From contig JAFGOT010000033.1 of the NCBI GenBank assembly GCA_016926395.1, positions 1 through 28,716 on the forward strand: 28,716 bases of DNA, in the 5' to 3' direction. The notes below the pieces were generated by a model. That model worked only from the letters and a program-made list of their open reading frames with translations, was not told the origin of the DNA and ran no database searches. Position numbers and translations under genes: made by a program. Origin of the DNA: Candidatus Woesearchaeota archaeon (GTDB lineage Archaea; Nanobdellota; Nanobdellia; Woesearchaeales; SKGA01). Positions within the stretch are counted from its first letter, which is position 1. Each line of letters begins with the position of its first letter. Positions 19,901-27,736 of the stretch are shown piece after piece.

Positions 19901-22119
19901 TCCTTTAGTAGTTTTTCAACAGCATTTGCTCTTCTTTGAGACAAATCTTTGTTATATTCATTAGTTCCATCAGCATCAGTATTTGCAGATAATTTTATAC
20001 TAATCAAATTACTAGTTCCTAATTGTTTTTCTAAAGAATTCCAATCATCAACAAGTTTTTTAAGTTGTCTACTTGAGACATCAAGAACTTTATCTTTATC
20101 ATAATCAAATTGAATATCCATTGAAAAAGCATCTAAGTACGGAAGTCCTTCGCTATTCTTTATGTTCTTTGAATCTTCTTCTTTTGAATATATTTGAATA
20201 CTGTTAGATTTAGCATTACAAATTTGTTCTATGAACATAGGTGTTATGGAAATAGGATCAGAAGGTAATCTTTGATCACCAGCAAAATTACTTAAGTCTT
20301 GCCATACAAACGGATCAGTAAATCTAAAATCAGAAGAAGTTGTTGTAGCTAGACCAACACTTAATTTTTGTTTCACATTATTATCATAAAAACGACCATA
20401 AACCAAACCATCATCATTTGCAAGATTAGAATCAGTATATCTGGAATGAAGGTATCCATTAAAGAAACTTTTAGTAACAAGAGCAGCTGTATCTCCAGGA
20501 GTCAAACCAGTTAACCATCCAACTCGAGTAATATCCCAAAACAATTCTTGTTTATCAGCTAAATTTTTGTAAGATTTATCTGCTAATAAATAAGGTTCAG
20601 TGGTTATTTGAAAAAACTGATCATTATAAAAAAATGGAACAGTATAAGGATTTCCAATAACACTTACAAATATTTCCTTAGAATCTTTTATATTATCCTC
20701 TTGTCTAAATATTTTTTGTTGCCAGAAAAGATTTCTTAATGAATTAATTAAAACATTAGATTTACCCTTAAGACCAAAAAACGAATATGTCAAATCAGAG
20801 TTTAAGCTATTTTCTTTGGAAACATCCGCTAAAAAAATACCGAGATCTTCATTAAAATTACTTACAACCAAATCTGCATCTCCTCTAAGAGGCATTAAGA
20901 TTCCACCTCTAACAGCTGCAAAATATGGAACTACTAAAGAATCTCTACAAAAAGTAGAAGGCGCTTTAGATAGTCCAGATGTTTCTTTTAAGTATTCAGA
21001 ATATTTAGTTGAACAAAAACCATCAATATCTTTTGGGTTATAAACTATCAAGTGATCATCAATTCTTTGTTTTACATCACCAGGGTTTAAAGGAGTAGCA
21101 TATTTTCTTTTGTAGCTTAAAAGTTTAGTTTGAAATGAATATAACTTTGCAGCATTAGTATTCAATTCAAAAATAGATTGCTCCATGAATTGACTTGGAT
21201 ATTTGTTAGTGCCTTTGTATTTTTCCTGTATATTTCTAAAATTTGTTGTGAAATTCGCGGCATCAGAAGAAGGATAAAGTTGAGTTAAAGAACTTGCCTG
21301 ATCATTTACAACAGTTATTATCTTAACATTAGGAGTTCGATCAGCATAAGTTGGTAAAAAATAAGCATAGTTTCCAAAATATAAACGTTCATTTGAGGAA
21401 ACAAAACGATCAACACCATCAATTAATAAAGGAGCATTCAAAGTTGATGCAATTGTAGAAGCAATTATAGCTGCATCGTAATTATTTTCTGAAACAACTA
21501 ATAATAAATTTTGAGATGGAGTGTTAGTGGATCCTGAATTTTTAGTTGCCCATCTATTAATGTAATCAGAATTGTCCATACAATAAACAGATTCATTCTT
21601 ATAAGACGCAAAGAAACTTTGCTTGTTTTTAGATTCATCACAAAAAGAGTTTTTCCCAAAAGCCAAAACAGCATCATAAAGTCCATTCTCTAACAATTTT
21701 CTAATAGGATAGTAATCTCCCTCATGAACAACACCAAAACCCTCATAATCTGAGATTCTCAAAGAACCCTCGCCAGAAGAAGGACGATATAATTGGATGT
21801 TAGTAGCTAAAGTGGTTGCTTTTAAAACCGATTGCCAATCACTAGAATCTGCAATAATAAGAAGTCTTTTCCCAGAAAGATCTTCATCATAACCCTTCCA
21901 TGAAAAAGTGTTTTGATTATTTAGAAAAGAAGTTCTCGCTTCCTCATCAGCAAACCATTTTAAATCAGGGGTTTGATAATCGGGAGTTGACACAACGCCT
22001 TGAGAATTTATATTATCTAAACCTGCTTCAAAATCAGATTCAGTTAAAGCAAAGGTTAAACCCGCTGTTAAAATCACAAACACTAATCCTAAAAATACCA
22101 ACTTATTATTTACCATCAT
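16927..22119 (-). CDS. 1730-aa secreted multidomain protein: CWB2-like repeats, C25 peptidase-like scaffold and inserted OmpA-like domain
   Basis: Signal peptide; NYDAAIIASTIASTLNAPLL; IGNPYTVPF, RVGWLTG, LLGDP; NTDADGTNEYNKDLSQRRANAV...NGEEKP...NRRVDF; AGGAGA SD. Confidence 0.8.
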   Translation of the reverse strand: MMVNNKLVFLGLVFVILTAGLTFALTESDFEAGLDNINSQGVVSTPDYQTPDLKWFADEEARTSFLNNQNTFSWKGYDEDLSGKRLLIIADSSDWQSVLKATTLATNIQLYRPSSGEGSLRISDYEGFGVVHEGDYYPIRKLLENGLYDAVLAFGKNSFCDESKNKQSFFASYKNESVYCMDNSDYINRWATKNSGSTNTPSQNLLLVVSENNYDAAIIASTIASTLNAPLLIDGVDRFVSSNERLYFGNYAYFLPTYADRTPNVKIITVVNDQASSLTQLYPSSDAANFTTNFRNIQEKYKGTNKYPSQFMEQSIFELNTNAAKLYSFQTKLLSYKRKYATPLNPGDVKQRIDDHLIVYNPKDIDGFCSTKYSEYLKETSGLSKAPSTFCRDSLVVPYFAAVRGGILMPLRGDADLVVSNFNEDLGIFLADVSKENSLNSDLTYSFFGLKGKSNVLINSLRNLFWQQKIFRQEDNIKDSKEIFVSVIGNPYTVPFFYNDQFFQITTEPYLLADKSYKNLADKQELFWDITRVGWLTGLTPGDTAALVTKSFFNGYLHSRYTDSNLANDDGLVYGRFYDNNVKQKLSVGLATTTSSDFRFTDPFVWQDLSNFAGDQRLPSDPISITPMFIEQICNAKSNSIQIYSKEEDSKNIKNSEGLPYLDAFSMDIQFDYDKDKVLDVSSRQLKKLVDDWNSLEKQLGTSNLISIKLSANTDADGTNEYNKDLSQRRANAVEKLLKDYGFSGTIVSEANGEEKPRNLTQEDIDLYLSDYIVPNKLTFEPHELTQDYIDSVWDKCKLLDDDFSDATCDYLRKEVLMRLNRRVDFEVSIKESPRVTKETVDGKDKYLISLPQQEISKSSDCTKTEFNYMNYDIFYYLGDKDVDGGLKGMPTLGVDEKSKNNLMFFETNANLLDFDSNEPPLALRYLREGSRGIYISSSENSIKSNQGQFFLRVLRRPYETNLKTGELPSVLFGNYIKWVPSESRLESCISGGSCEADTLLERAQSRYDNKFRLLGDPLSTVMNQQNFRGAADLVPVSKSLEESRPMILFSAIKQSDVAFLNSVNDRVKIKSMKDGVFEWWSSALKSDFSTQSNIIPVLADGNSKKATVLVASSEPVFVEATLIDLAVDGCIENVVGSTVFERDPKLKIKLELPGLKFNKFESYCPYQSFSEKLKEKRAKKSSGTYSAISTGSGSFELSYTPGKVVSFGTPTDYKKSGFTECKKASKGDVYSEDDFQMFLNVDGIKPLDLYICEVEVPGLDASTTLVNKVDRKATAFYKDALVRFEIVDKFDKKEGGGETNTFSASSTLRLRYVYDLDALNSKLASKETKGKIDGSSTPDVDVDVGSFVQPIKGKKILEDGILNFKLTSEYFTGMRTSMVKGNELGGKYNQPNSLLYLQTGYEILDLRPRSDWNEKISDYWVVSNPFYYGGSAWFRGAVVTDESKIGGLNLSSINTPNLNTERSNWESEFDRLTKDEKTLFPDFRDSILASLMRPDKLSAVDMETYYPYDVAAQVWIQSDVFDDGSLIIDLDFEGRPYSVVDDVTGEKKPNILTERTIQEDINAEIMAELNSKYPDLSTVEKNVLVSNYMAVTIYPRFKLASTKLFSEVSQGMDLATKYLGASDLLTDQLTVVVDELGGKEIPLFETIDSRYFLTEDEYATLKEAGFGYSGANSGEQHFVSLMATEDPELNCYNGDTSRFRGGYTYVLPSLTALGNDLGLETKKPVIYVS
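19630..20121 (-). other. OmpA-like (OmpA C-terminal / Pal / MotB) peptidoglycan-binding domain, about aa 667-830
   Basis: IQFDYDK, xTDxxG, YNxxLSxRRAxAV, GEEKP and NRRV motifs all present and in the correct order. Confidence 0.85.
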
Positions 22120-22135
22120 AATATCTCCTTAATTA

Positions 22136-22900
22136 TTAACTTGAAAATAAACCATGAAATGAGAACACATAAGATAACTGTTCATTCTCCAATTCATTCA
22201 AATAAAATACCAAATCGCCATCTCTTTCAGGAGTTATCATGTAGACAAACCCTCTTTGAGTAGCATAACTAACACCCGGTTCGTAAAAAAAATCATAAGG
22301 TTGAATAGGATTTAACAATAAATCAATTGTATGATATATTGAACCTATATTAGAAGCAAAAGTATAACTAACAGGGCCTTGAGTTTGGGTAGCGCCTGTT
22401 GAATCAGTTAAAGTAGCATGAGTATCAACCGTTACAGTAATCTCTCCTTCTTCAACAAAAGTCTTTAAATCAACCAAACTATCATCATAAATTAAATCGC
22501 CTTCTAAATATTTTGAAAATATTTCAAATCCATCTATACAACTAATAACCTCATCACGATAATCTTGTGCATATCTATCTTGAAGTTCCTGTTTCGTTGG
22601 TAACGTTGAAAGTCCACTAAAATAGAAATAAGGAATATTTTCTCGAATCATATTTTTATTTTGAAGATAGAAATGATTTGCTAAAACAGAAGTAGGAGTC
22701 TCTTTGAAAGTAGATTCTAAACAACTTTTTGTATATGTTTCTAAACTCCTTGGCGTTACAGAACCATCAGCAGACAATAAACTCGTATCAAAATCTTGAA
22801 CACCTTGCCGTTCAGATGTAAAATAGAAGACTGCTAGAACTCCTACAAGTATTGCAATTCCAACAATAACTAACATAGTAATTTGACCTTTCTGACTCAC
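22136..22900 (-). CDS. Class III signal peptide (archaeal type IV pilin-like) protein, 254 aa
   Basis: MSQKG|QITMLVIVGIAILVGVLAVFYF; TATA at 22935-22942; 16 nt from the next gene. Confidence 0.75.
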   Translation of the reverse strand: MSQKGQITMLVIVGIAILVGVLAVFYFTSERQGVQDFDTSLLSADGSVTPRSLETYTKSCLESTFKETPTSVLANHFYLQNKNMIRENIPYFYFSGLSTLPTKQELQDRYAQDYRDEVISCIDGFEIFSKYLEGDLIYDDSLVDLKTFVEEGEITVTVDTHATLTDSTGATQTQGPVSYTFASNIGSIYHTIDLLLNPIQPYDFFYEPGVSYATQRGFVYMITPERDGDLVFYLNELENEQLSYVFSFHGLFSS

Positions 22901-22949
22901 ACTAACTCACAAGGTTAAAAACTAAAGAAAATGGTTTATAAATGTTTGC

Positions 22950-24035
22950 CTAACTAAGATCAAACTTTTTCAAAACTATTTCGCCTTTCTTAAACTTAAA
23001 TTCGTAATCACCATCATTAAGTCCAGCTACCTTAGAAACCACTTCTGGAAGCAAAACTCTATTTCCTCTAAAGTCAAGATTAGTTATCAAAGTGTTAATT
23101 TCAACATCTACTCGCTCTAGGTTTTCCATCATGAAATCTTCGGCTCCTCGTTTTAGTTCTTTTCCTCTTTTCTTAGAAGTTTGTTCATGTAAAAATAAGG
23201 CAATTTTATCAGCAACATCAATACCTGTATATTGAGTTATTCCTTGAAGACCAGGGCTTACATTTAATTCAATAACTAAAGGACCTTTAATTTTTGAAAT
23301 AAGAAGATCAACTCCACAAATAGGAGCTCCTATTGCTTTTGAAGCTTTTATCGCCACTCGTCTTGATTCTTCATCTAAGTCTATTGCTTCTCCAACACCA
23401 CCAGCATGAATATTAGATCGCACTTCTCGTTTGTTAGCCACTCGTTTGTAAGCAGCGACTACTTTGTCACCAACAACAAAAGCACGAACGTCAGTTCCAC
23501 CTGTTTCAACATATTCTTGAATAATGAAGGGTTGTCTTAGTGTTGATAAAGCATCAAGTATGGAAGATGCACTTGCAAACGAATCTGCAAATAAAACACC
23601 TTTTCCTTGCGTTCCTTGAGGGAACTTCATAATAATAGGATAATTTAATCGTTCAAGCATTTCTCTTGCTGCTGCAATAGTTGATGCTAAGTGAGTTGTT
23701 GGCATAGGTATATTGTTTCTTTGAAGTTCTAATTGAGTTAGAAGTTTATCGTGCGCTACAACAAATGCTTTATCTTCTAAAGGTAAGTAAGTAACACCAT
23801 CTAAAAGAACAGTTAAGGATTGTAATAAGTTTGCGTATCGAAAAGAACCTTTTGCAAATAAACAGTCATAAGATTTTAAGGGTTCTCCTTTGTATAAAAT
23901 CTGAGCTTTTTTCCCACTAAAATTAATTTCTAAATGTCTAATATCAATATCATCCACTTCATCAAAATATTTTTTCATAGCATCTATTGTCCATTTACTC
24001 GAGTCACTTCCTAAACTCACTACTGCTGCATTCAT
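22950..24035 (-). CDS. rimK: RimK family ATP-grasp alpha-L-glutamate ligase with C-terminal AbrB-like extension
   Basis: DKLLTQLEL...IPMPTT, YPIIMKFPQGTQGKGV, IIQEYV...DVRAFVVG, RSNIHAGG, GVDLL, IELNVSPG. Confidence 0.88.
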   Translation of the reverse strand: MNAAVVSLGSDSSKWTIDAMKKYFDEVDDIDIRHLEINFSGKKAQILYKGEPLKSYDCLFAKGSFRYANLLQSLTVLLDGVTYLPLEDKAFVVAHDKLLTQLELQRNNIPMPTTHLASTIAAAREMLERLNYPIIMKFPQGTQGKGVLFADSFASASSILDALSTLRQPFIIQEYVETGGTDVRAFVVGDKVVAAYKRVANKREVRSNIHAGGVGEAIDLDEESRRVAIKASKAIGAPICGVDLLISKIKGPLVIELNVSPGLQGITQYTGIDVADKIALFLHEQTSKKRGKELKRGAEDFMMENLERVDVEINTLITNLDFRGNRVLLPEVVSKVAGLNDGDYEFKFKKGEIVLKKFDLS

Positions 24036-24406
24036 TTTCTAAACATTCTCGTTTTTCTATTTGGATCAATTAAGAATCCGCCTTTTCTTAAAATATTTTT
24101 ACCAATCAGGATAGGGAATCGCATATGAGTCCGGTTTGCAATCGTAAAGTGTTCAGTCACTGTGTGTCCTGCAATTTCAACAGTTATGTCAACAAAGCCC
24201 CTTTTTTCTGTTCCATTTGCATTTTTTACAGTTGTTTCTCCAATAATTGGCCCAAGACCAAGTACAGGAACTAAAGATTCATCAATCGAACTTTTTGTTG
24301 CTCCAGTATCTACCTTCGCTTTAAAAATAGCATTTTGCTTCTTTCCTTGGAGCATTACAGGCTCTATAAGCCCGATTATTGCTTTTTCACCTAACTCAGT
24401 TGACAT
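24032..24406 (-). CDS. RimK-associated retropepsin-like protease (RimB / DUF785 type)
   Basis: AKVDTGATKSSID, R..M..PILIGKN; 4-nt ATGA overlap with rimK; likely start ATG 24406 (TATA 24429-24436). Confidence 0.85.
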   Translation of the reverse strand: MSTELGEKAIIGLIEPVMLQGKKQNAIFKAKVDTGATKSSIDESLVPVLGLGPIIGETTVKNANGTEKRGFVDITVEIAGHTVTEHFTIANRTHMRFPILIGKNILRKGGFLIDPNRKTRMFRK

Positions 24407-24535
24407 GATTGTTCTAAACACAAATCCCTTTATAAAGCTTCGCGATTATTTAAAAAAGAATTAAAGAAGTAAACAAAAAAATAAAAAATGCAATCTAAAG
24501 AATTGCAACATAACAAGCAAGTATGTTTAACACTC

Positions 24536-25252
24536 TTAGAGTATTGCTAAATCATCCTTTGAAACACTATCACGTTCGTTTTCAACAGCATGCCGGAAAA
24601 CATCTTCCATGTTTTCTAAGAATCGTCTTGTGTTTTTGAAAGATTTTTCGTAAACAGATTTAATTAGATCATCGGTTATGAATTCATCATTACCATCCAA
24701 TCTACTTCTTGCAAGTTCAACTGCAGATTTTACATCTAAAGGTTTCAATTGAATTATATTTTTTCCAATTCGTTCTTTTAGATTTGCAGAAATTCTTGAT
24801 TCTTCTAATGATTTGTCAATGAACAAAACAGAACCAATATACCCTTCATCAAAATAATATTCAATTTGTCGGCAATCTTCAGCATTTATTTTTGCAGTTT
24901 CATCCACAATTAATAATACGTTTTTTGCTTTCACACCAAATACTTTTTTTAATCCAGTACTAGCACCTTTTAGAAGAGACGAGTAATTGAATGCTCTATC
25001 ATTTCTATTTCTAGAAATGTATATTACTTTTTTTCGTCCAGAGAATTCATTAATTAAATATCTTAGAATAGTTGTTTTTCCAAGGCCAAAATCTCCTTCT
25101 AAAAAATACATTTCATCTTCAGTTAAAGAGTCAACTAATTTATCCACTTCTTTATCATAACCAACTACTTCGTCATCGAAGAAACCTGGTTTTATTGTAA
25201 AGGGATTGTATGCGTACCCTAATTTTTCGTACCATAAAAGTTCTTTAGGCAT
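24536..25252 (-). CDS. ExeA/GspA-like P-loop ATPase (paralog 2), 238 aa
   Basis: WYEKLGYAYNPF, Walker A GDFGLGKT, Walker B LLIVDE; true start ATG 25252 with GGTGA SD, overlapping the upstream stop. Confidence 0.75.
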   Translation of the reverse strand: MPKELLWYEKLGYAYNPFTIKPGFFDDEVVGYDKEVDKLVDSLTEDEMYFLEGDFGLGKTTILRYLINEFSGRKKVIYISRNRNDRAFNYSSLLKGASTGLKKVFGVKAKNVLLIVDETAKINAEDCRQIEYYFDEGYIGSVLFIDKSLEESRISANLKERIGKNIIQLKPLDVKSAVELARSRLDGNDEFITDDLIKSVYEKSFKNTRRFLENMEDVFRHAVENERDSVSKDDLAIL

Positions 25253-26243
25253 TTGCTTCACCTTTCTTTGATTTTTTTGATTTGTTTTGTTTTGGCTCTT
25301 CTTCAACACTGCTTTCAAATTCTGCCTGACATTCAGGACAAGAAACATCGTCTTGTTTTACGATTGCACCGCAGTTTCCACAAAACATATCATAAACAGG
25401 ACACCGGTAATACTCACCAATTTTCATTAGTTTGTTTCCTTTACTATCCGTCATTTGTTCTTCAGCATCAATAACATCTGCTCCAAGAGAAATATAGTAA
25501 TCAGTTTCATCTTCTTCATCAAGTTTATCTTCTATTACTTTTAGATGAGCTTTTTCTATTTTTTCAGCTTCTTCAAAATCCATTTCTTCAAACACTCGAT
25601 GTAGATTTAGAAGGAATTGTTTTGGATTTTTTCCTGACTTTTCAAAGATTTCTTCTACTTGTGCTTTTGTAATAAGTGAGTCACTTTCATTTGGATCTTC
25701 ATCAAGTCTTGAGAATGCAAGTTCAACAGCTTGTTCTTTTGTTAAATGCTTTATTTTAATAATTCTTCGTCCAATTCTATTTAACATGCTTTCTGGGAAA
25801 CCAACTTTTTTAATTGATTCACTTGAGAAAATTACACTTTGTAAATACGCATTGTCAAAAAAGAATTTTAGTCGCTCTAGATTTACTTGAGATAATTCTG
25901 CAACATTATCAATTATTAAAATCATATGTTTTGGTTTTTTGTTAAAGACTTTTCCTTTAACACCATTTTTGTTCTGAAGTAGCTCTTCAACATTAAGATT
26001 TTTCTTTAATTTTGCTGCATTAACATAAATTATTCTTCCTTTGAAATTTTTTATGATTTCTTTTAAGAATTTAGTTTTGCCAGAACCTGCAGCTCCTTCA
26101 ACAAAAACCATTGACCCACTTCGAACATAATAAAGAACATCCTTTACTTCATCTTCCAAGCCAATAAGGTTTGTATTTTCATTTAAAGGATTAATCAGAA
26201 AAGGGTTTTCGTAGTAACCTAATTTTTTATACCATGTTTTCAT
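25245..26243 (-). CDS. ExeA/GspA-like P-loop ATPase (paralog 1) with C-terminal zinc ribbon
   Basis: WYKKLGYYENPF, Walker A GAAGSGKT, Walker B ILIIDN, CGNCG...CPEC. Confidence 0.75.
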   Translation of the reverse strand: MKTWYKKLGYYENPFLINPLNENTNLIGLEDEVKDVLYYVRSGSMVFVEGAAGSGKTKFLKEIIKNFKGRIIYVNAAKLKKNLNVEELLQNKNGVKGKVFNKKPKHMILIIDNVAELSQVNLERLKFFFDNAYLQSVIFSSESIKKVGFPESMLNRIGRRIIKIKHLTKEQAVELAFSRLDEDPNESDSLITKAQVEEIFEKSGKNPKQFLLNLHRVFEEMDFEEAEKIEKAHLKVIEDKLDEEDETDYYISLGADVIDAEEQMTDSKGNKLMKIGEYYRCPVYDMFCGNCGAIVKQDDVSCPECQAEFESSVEEEPKQNKSKKSKKGEANA

Positions 26244-26491
26244 ATTACAACACCATACTTTATTTATTATTATAAGCGGAAATTATTGCTATATAAACTT
26301 TTTGCTTCTCGCGAGTAACAATCGATAGTTCTTACTTAAAAAAGTTAACAAATCCGCTTTAATTAGATAGATAAGAACTCTTTATCCCTATAAAACGTTT
26401 TCGCCTAAGAAAAAATGCTCAACAATCAAAGATTATCAGCACATTGTAAGAAATGCACGCAATTAAAAATTGCACAATTCTTGGAAAACGT

Positions 26492-26534
26492 AAAATAAAA
26501 AATAAATTCCGCTCACAGATTATCTGATTGCGGA
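26492..26534 (-). terminator. Hairpin plus U-tract terminator candidate after rpoE'
   Basis: TCCGC/GCGGA and CAGA/TCTG stems followed by a T-rich run on the minus strand. Confidence 0.4.
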
Positions 26535-26542
26535 TCGCTTTT

Positions 26543-27097
26543 TTACTCAGCTGCTGGTTTAATTTTTAAGTCTTCTTCAAACCAATCAACTTTTCCAAGT
26601 CCTGGTTGACGCATAGTCATACCAATCTTTGGGTTAGTAATATCTTTAAAGGACACTGCAACAATTTTTGCGAAACATTTGTCACCAACTTTTAATGTTC
26701 GTTTAGTTTCTTTTCCAGCTAGAACTTTTTCCTTACTAAAAGATACAAAGTCATTCATTGTTTGACCAATATGAACCATTCCTTCAACTGGACCAAGAGT
26801 GACGAATGCACCAAAATCAGTGATGTCTTTTACTTTACCAACAACTGTTTCTTGAAGTTCAGGTAAGTAAGCTAAAAGCTCAAACTTAGCTTTGTAAAAA
26901 GCAGCGCCATCTCCAGGAACAATAATTCCTTCTTCAACGCCAATTAAATCAATAACATCAATAACATATCCTAAATCTTTAGAAATATAACCTGCAAATT
27001 TTGCTTTAACTTGACCAATTACTGCCAAATCTAATTCTTTTGAGAATTCTGTTGGTGGAACTCTAATATAATCTTGTACTTGAACTGCGTAAAACAT
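26543..27097 (-). CDS. rpoE1: DNA-directed RNA polymerase subunit E' (Rpo7)
   Basis: DYIRVPP, GIIVPGDGAAFY, DITDFGAFVTLGPVEGMVHIGQ, KIGMTMRQPGLGK. Confidence 0.96.
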   Translation of the reverse strand: MFYAVQVQDYIRVPPTEFSKELDLAVIGQVKAKFAGYISKDLGYVIDVIDLIGVEEGIIVPGDGAAFYKAKFELLAYLPELQETVVGKVKDITDFGAFVTLGPVEGMVHIGQTMNDFVSFSKEKVLAGKETKRTLKVGDKCFAKIVAVSFKDITNPKIGMTMRQPGLGKVDWFEEDLKIKPAAE

Positions 27098-27199
27098 TTT
27101 CTTTTGCCTCCTTTAACCGTGTGCAGAACTCTGAACACAGATTACTGCTGTGGTTTGGATTTGTCTTGCACGAATAGAAATGTGCTCAAAACCCTAGTT

Positions 27200-27619
27200 T
27201 TAGACCTTTTCTTTGATTACTACGTGCGAATTTTGCCTAGTAATTAAGACCTTAGCCCCTTTTTTGTCAACTCTGCGTTGAAGATTTGCATCCATTGTCG
27301 CTACATAAACGCCTTTTTCAGCGATTGCAACAATTGCATCATCGACATACTCAGAGGAACTTTTCAGCGTTTTTAAACCTTTTTGTTGAATTAAGATAAA
27401 AGCAAGCTTCGCATTGAACTTATCAGCCCCTTTTGTTCGACCTTTTGCTTTGCCATCCATTATGTTTTTTAACTCAATTAAAGTTTGATCAATATAATAT
27501 AACTCATAGGGTTCAACTATTACTCGCTCTATTTCTGTAAATATATCAACACCTTTTCCTAGTTGCAGTAAAAAATTGGTGTCAAGTATAACCTTAGCTT
27601 TTTTTGTGAATAAACCCAT
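27200..27619 (-). CDS. PIN-domain nuclease (Fcf1/Utp24-like)
   Basis: VILDTNFL, VDDAIV, VATMDANLQRR; conserved position upstream of rpoE' in archaea. Confidence 0.88.
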   Translation of the reverse strand: MGLFTKKAKVILDTNFLLQLGKGVDIFTEIERVIVEPYELYYIDQTLIELKNIMDGKAKGRTKGADKFNAKLAFILIQQKGLKTLKSSSEYVDDAIVAIAEKGVYVATMDANLQRRVDKKGAKVLITRQNSHVVIKEKV

Positions 27620-27736
27620 AATAACCTACAAGCAAGAAGGCATTTATAAATAATTGGTTTAGTTATATTTAAAAGGGAGATGTAATTTACCAAGCCATAC
27701 ACGAATCAATGGTTCGGTAATTTATGGTGAATTATT

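Noticed and set aside
24536-25348. ORF-track start at 25348 for the second ATPase
   Set aside because: The extension overlaps paralog 1 in another frame; ATG 25252 has an SD and aligns with the paralog's N-terminus
26415-26498. 27-aa ORF MLNNQRLSAHCKKCTQLKIAQFLENVK with CxxC as a possible Spt4 remnant
   Set aside because: Wrong strand relative to rpoE', only one CxxC, no SD and no other Spt4 motifs
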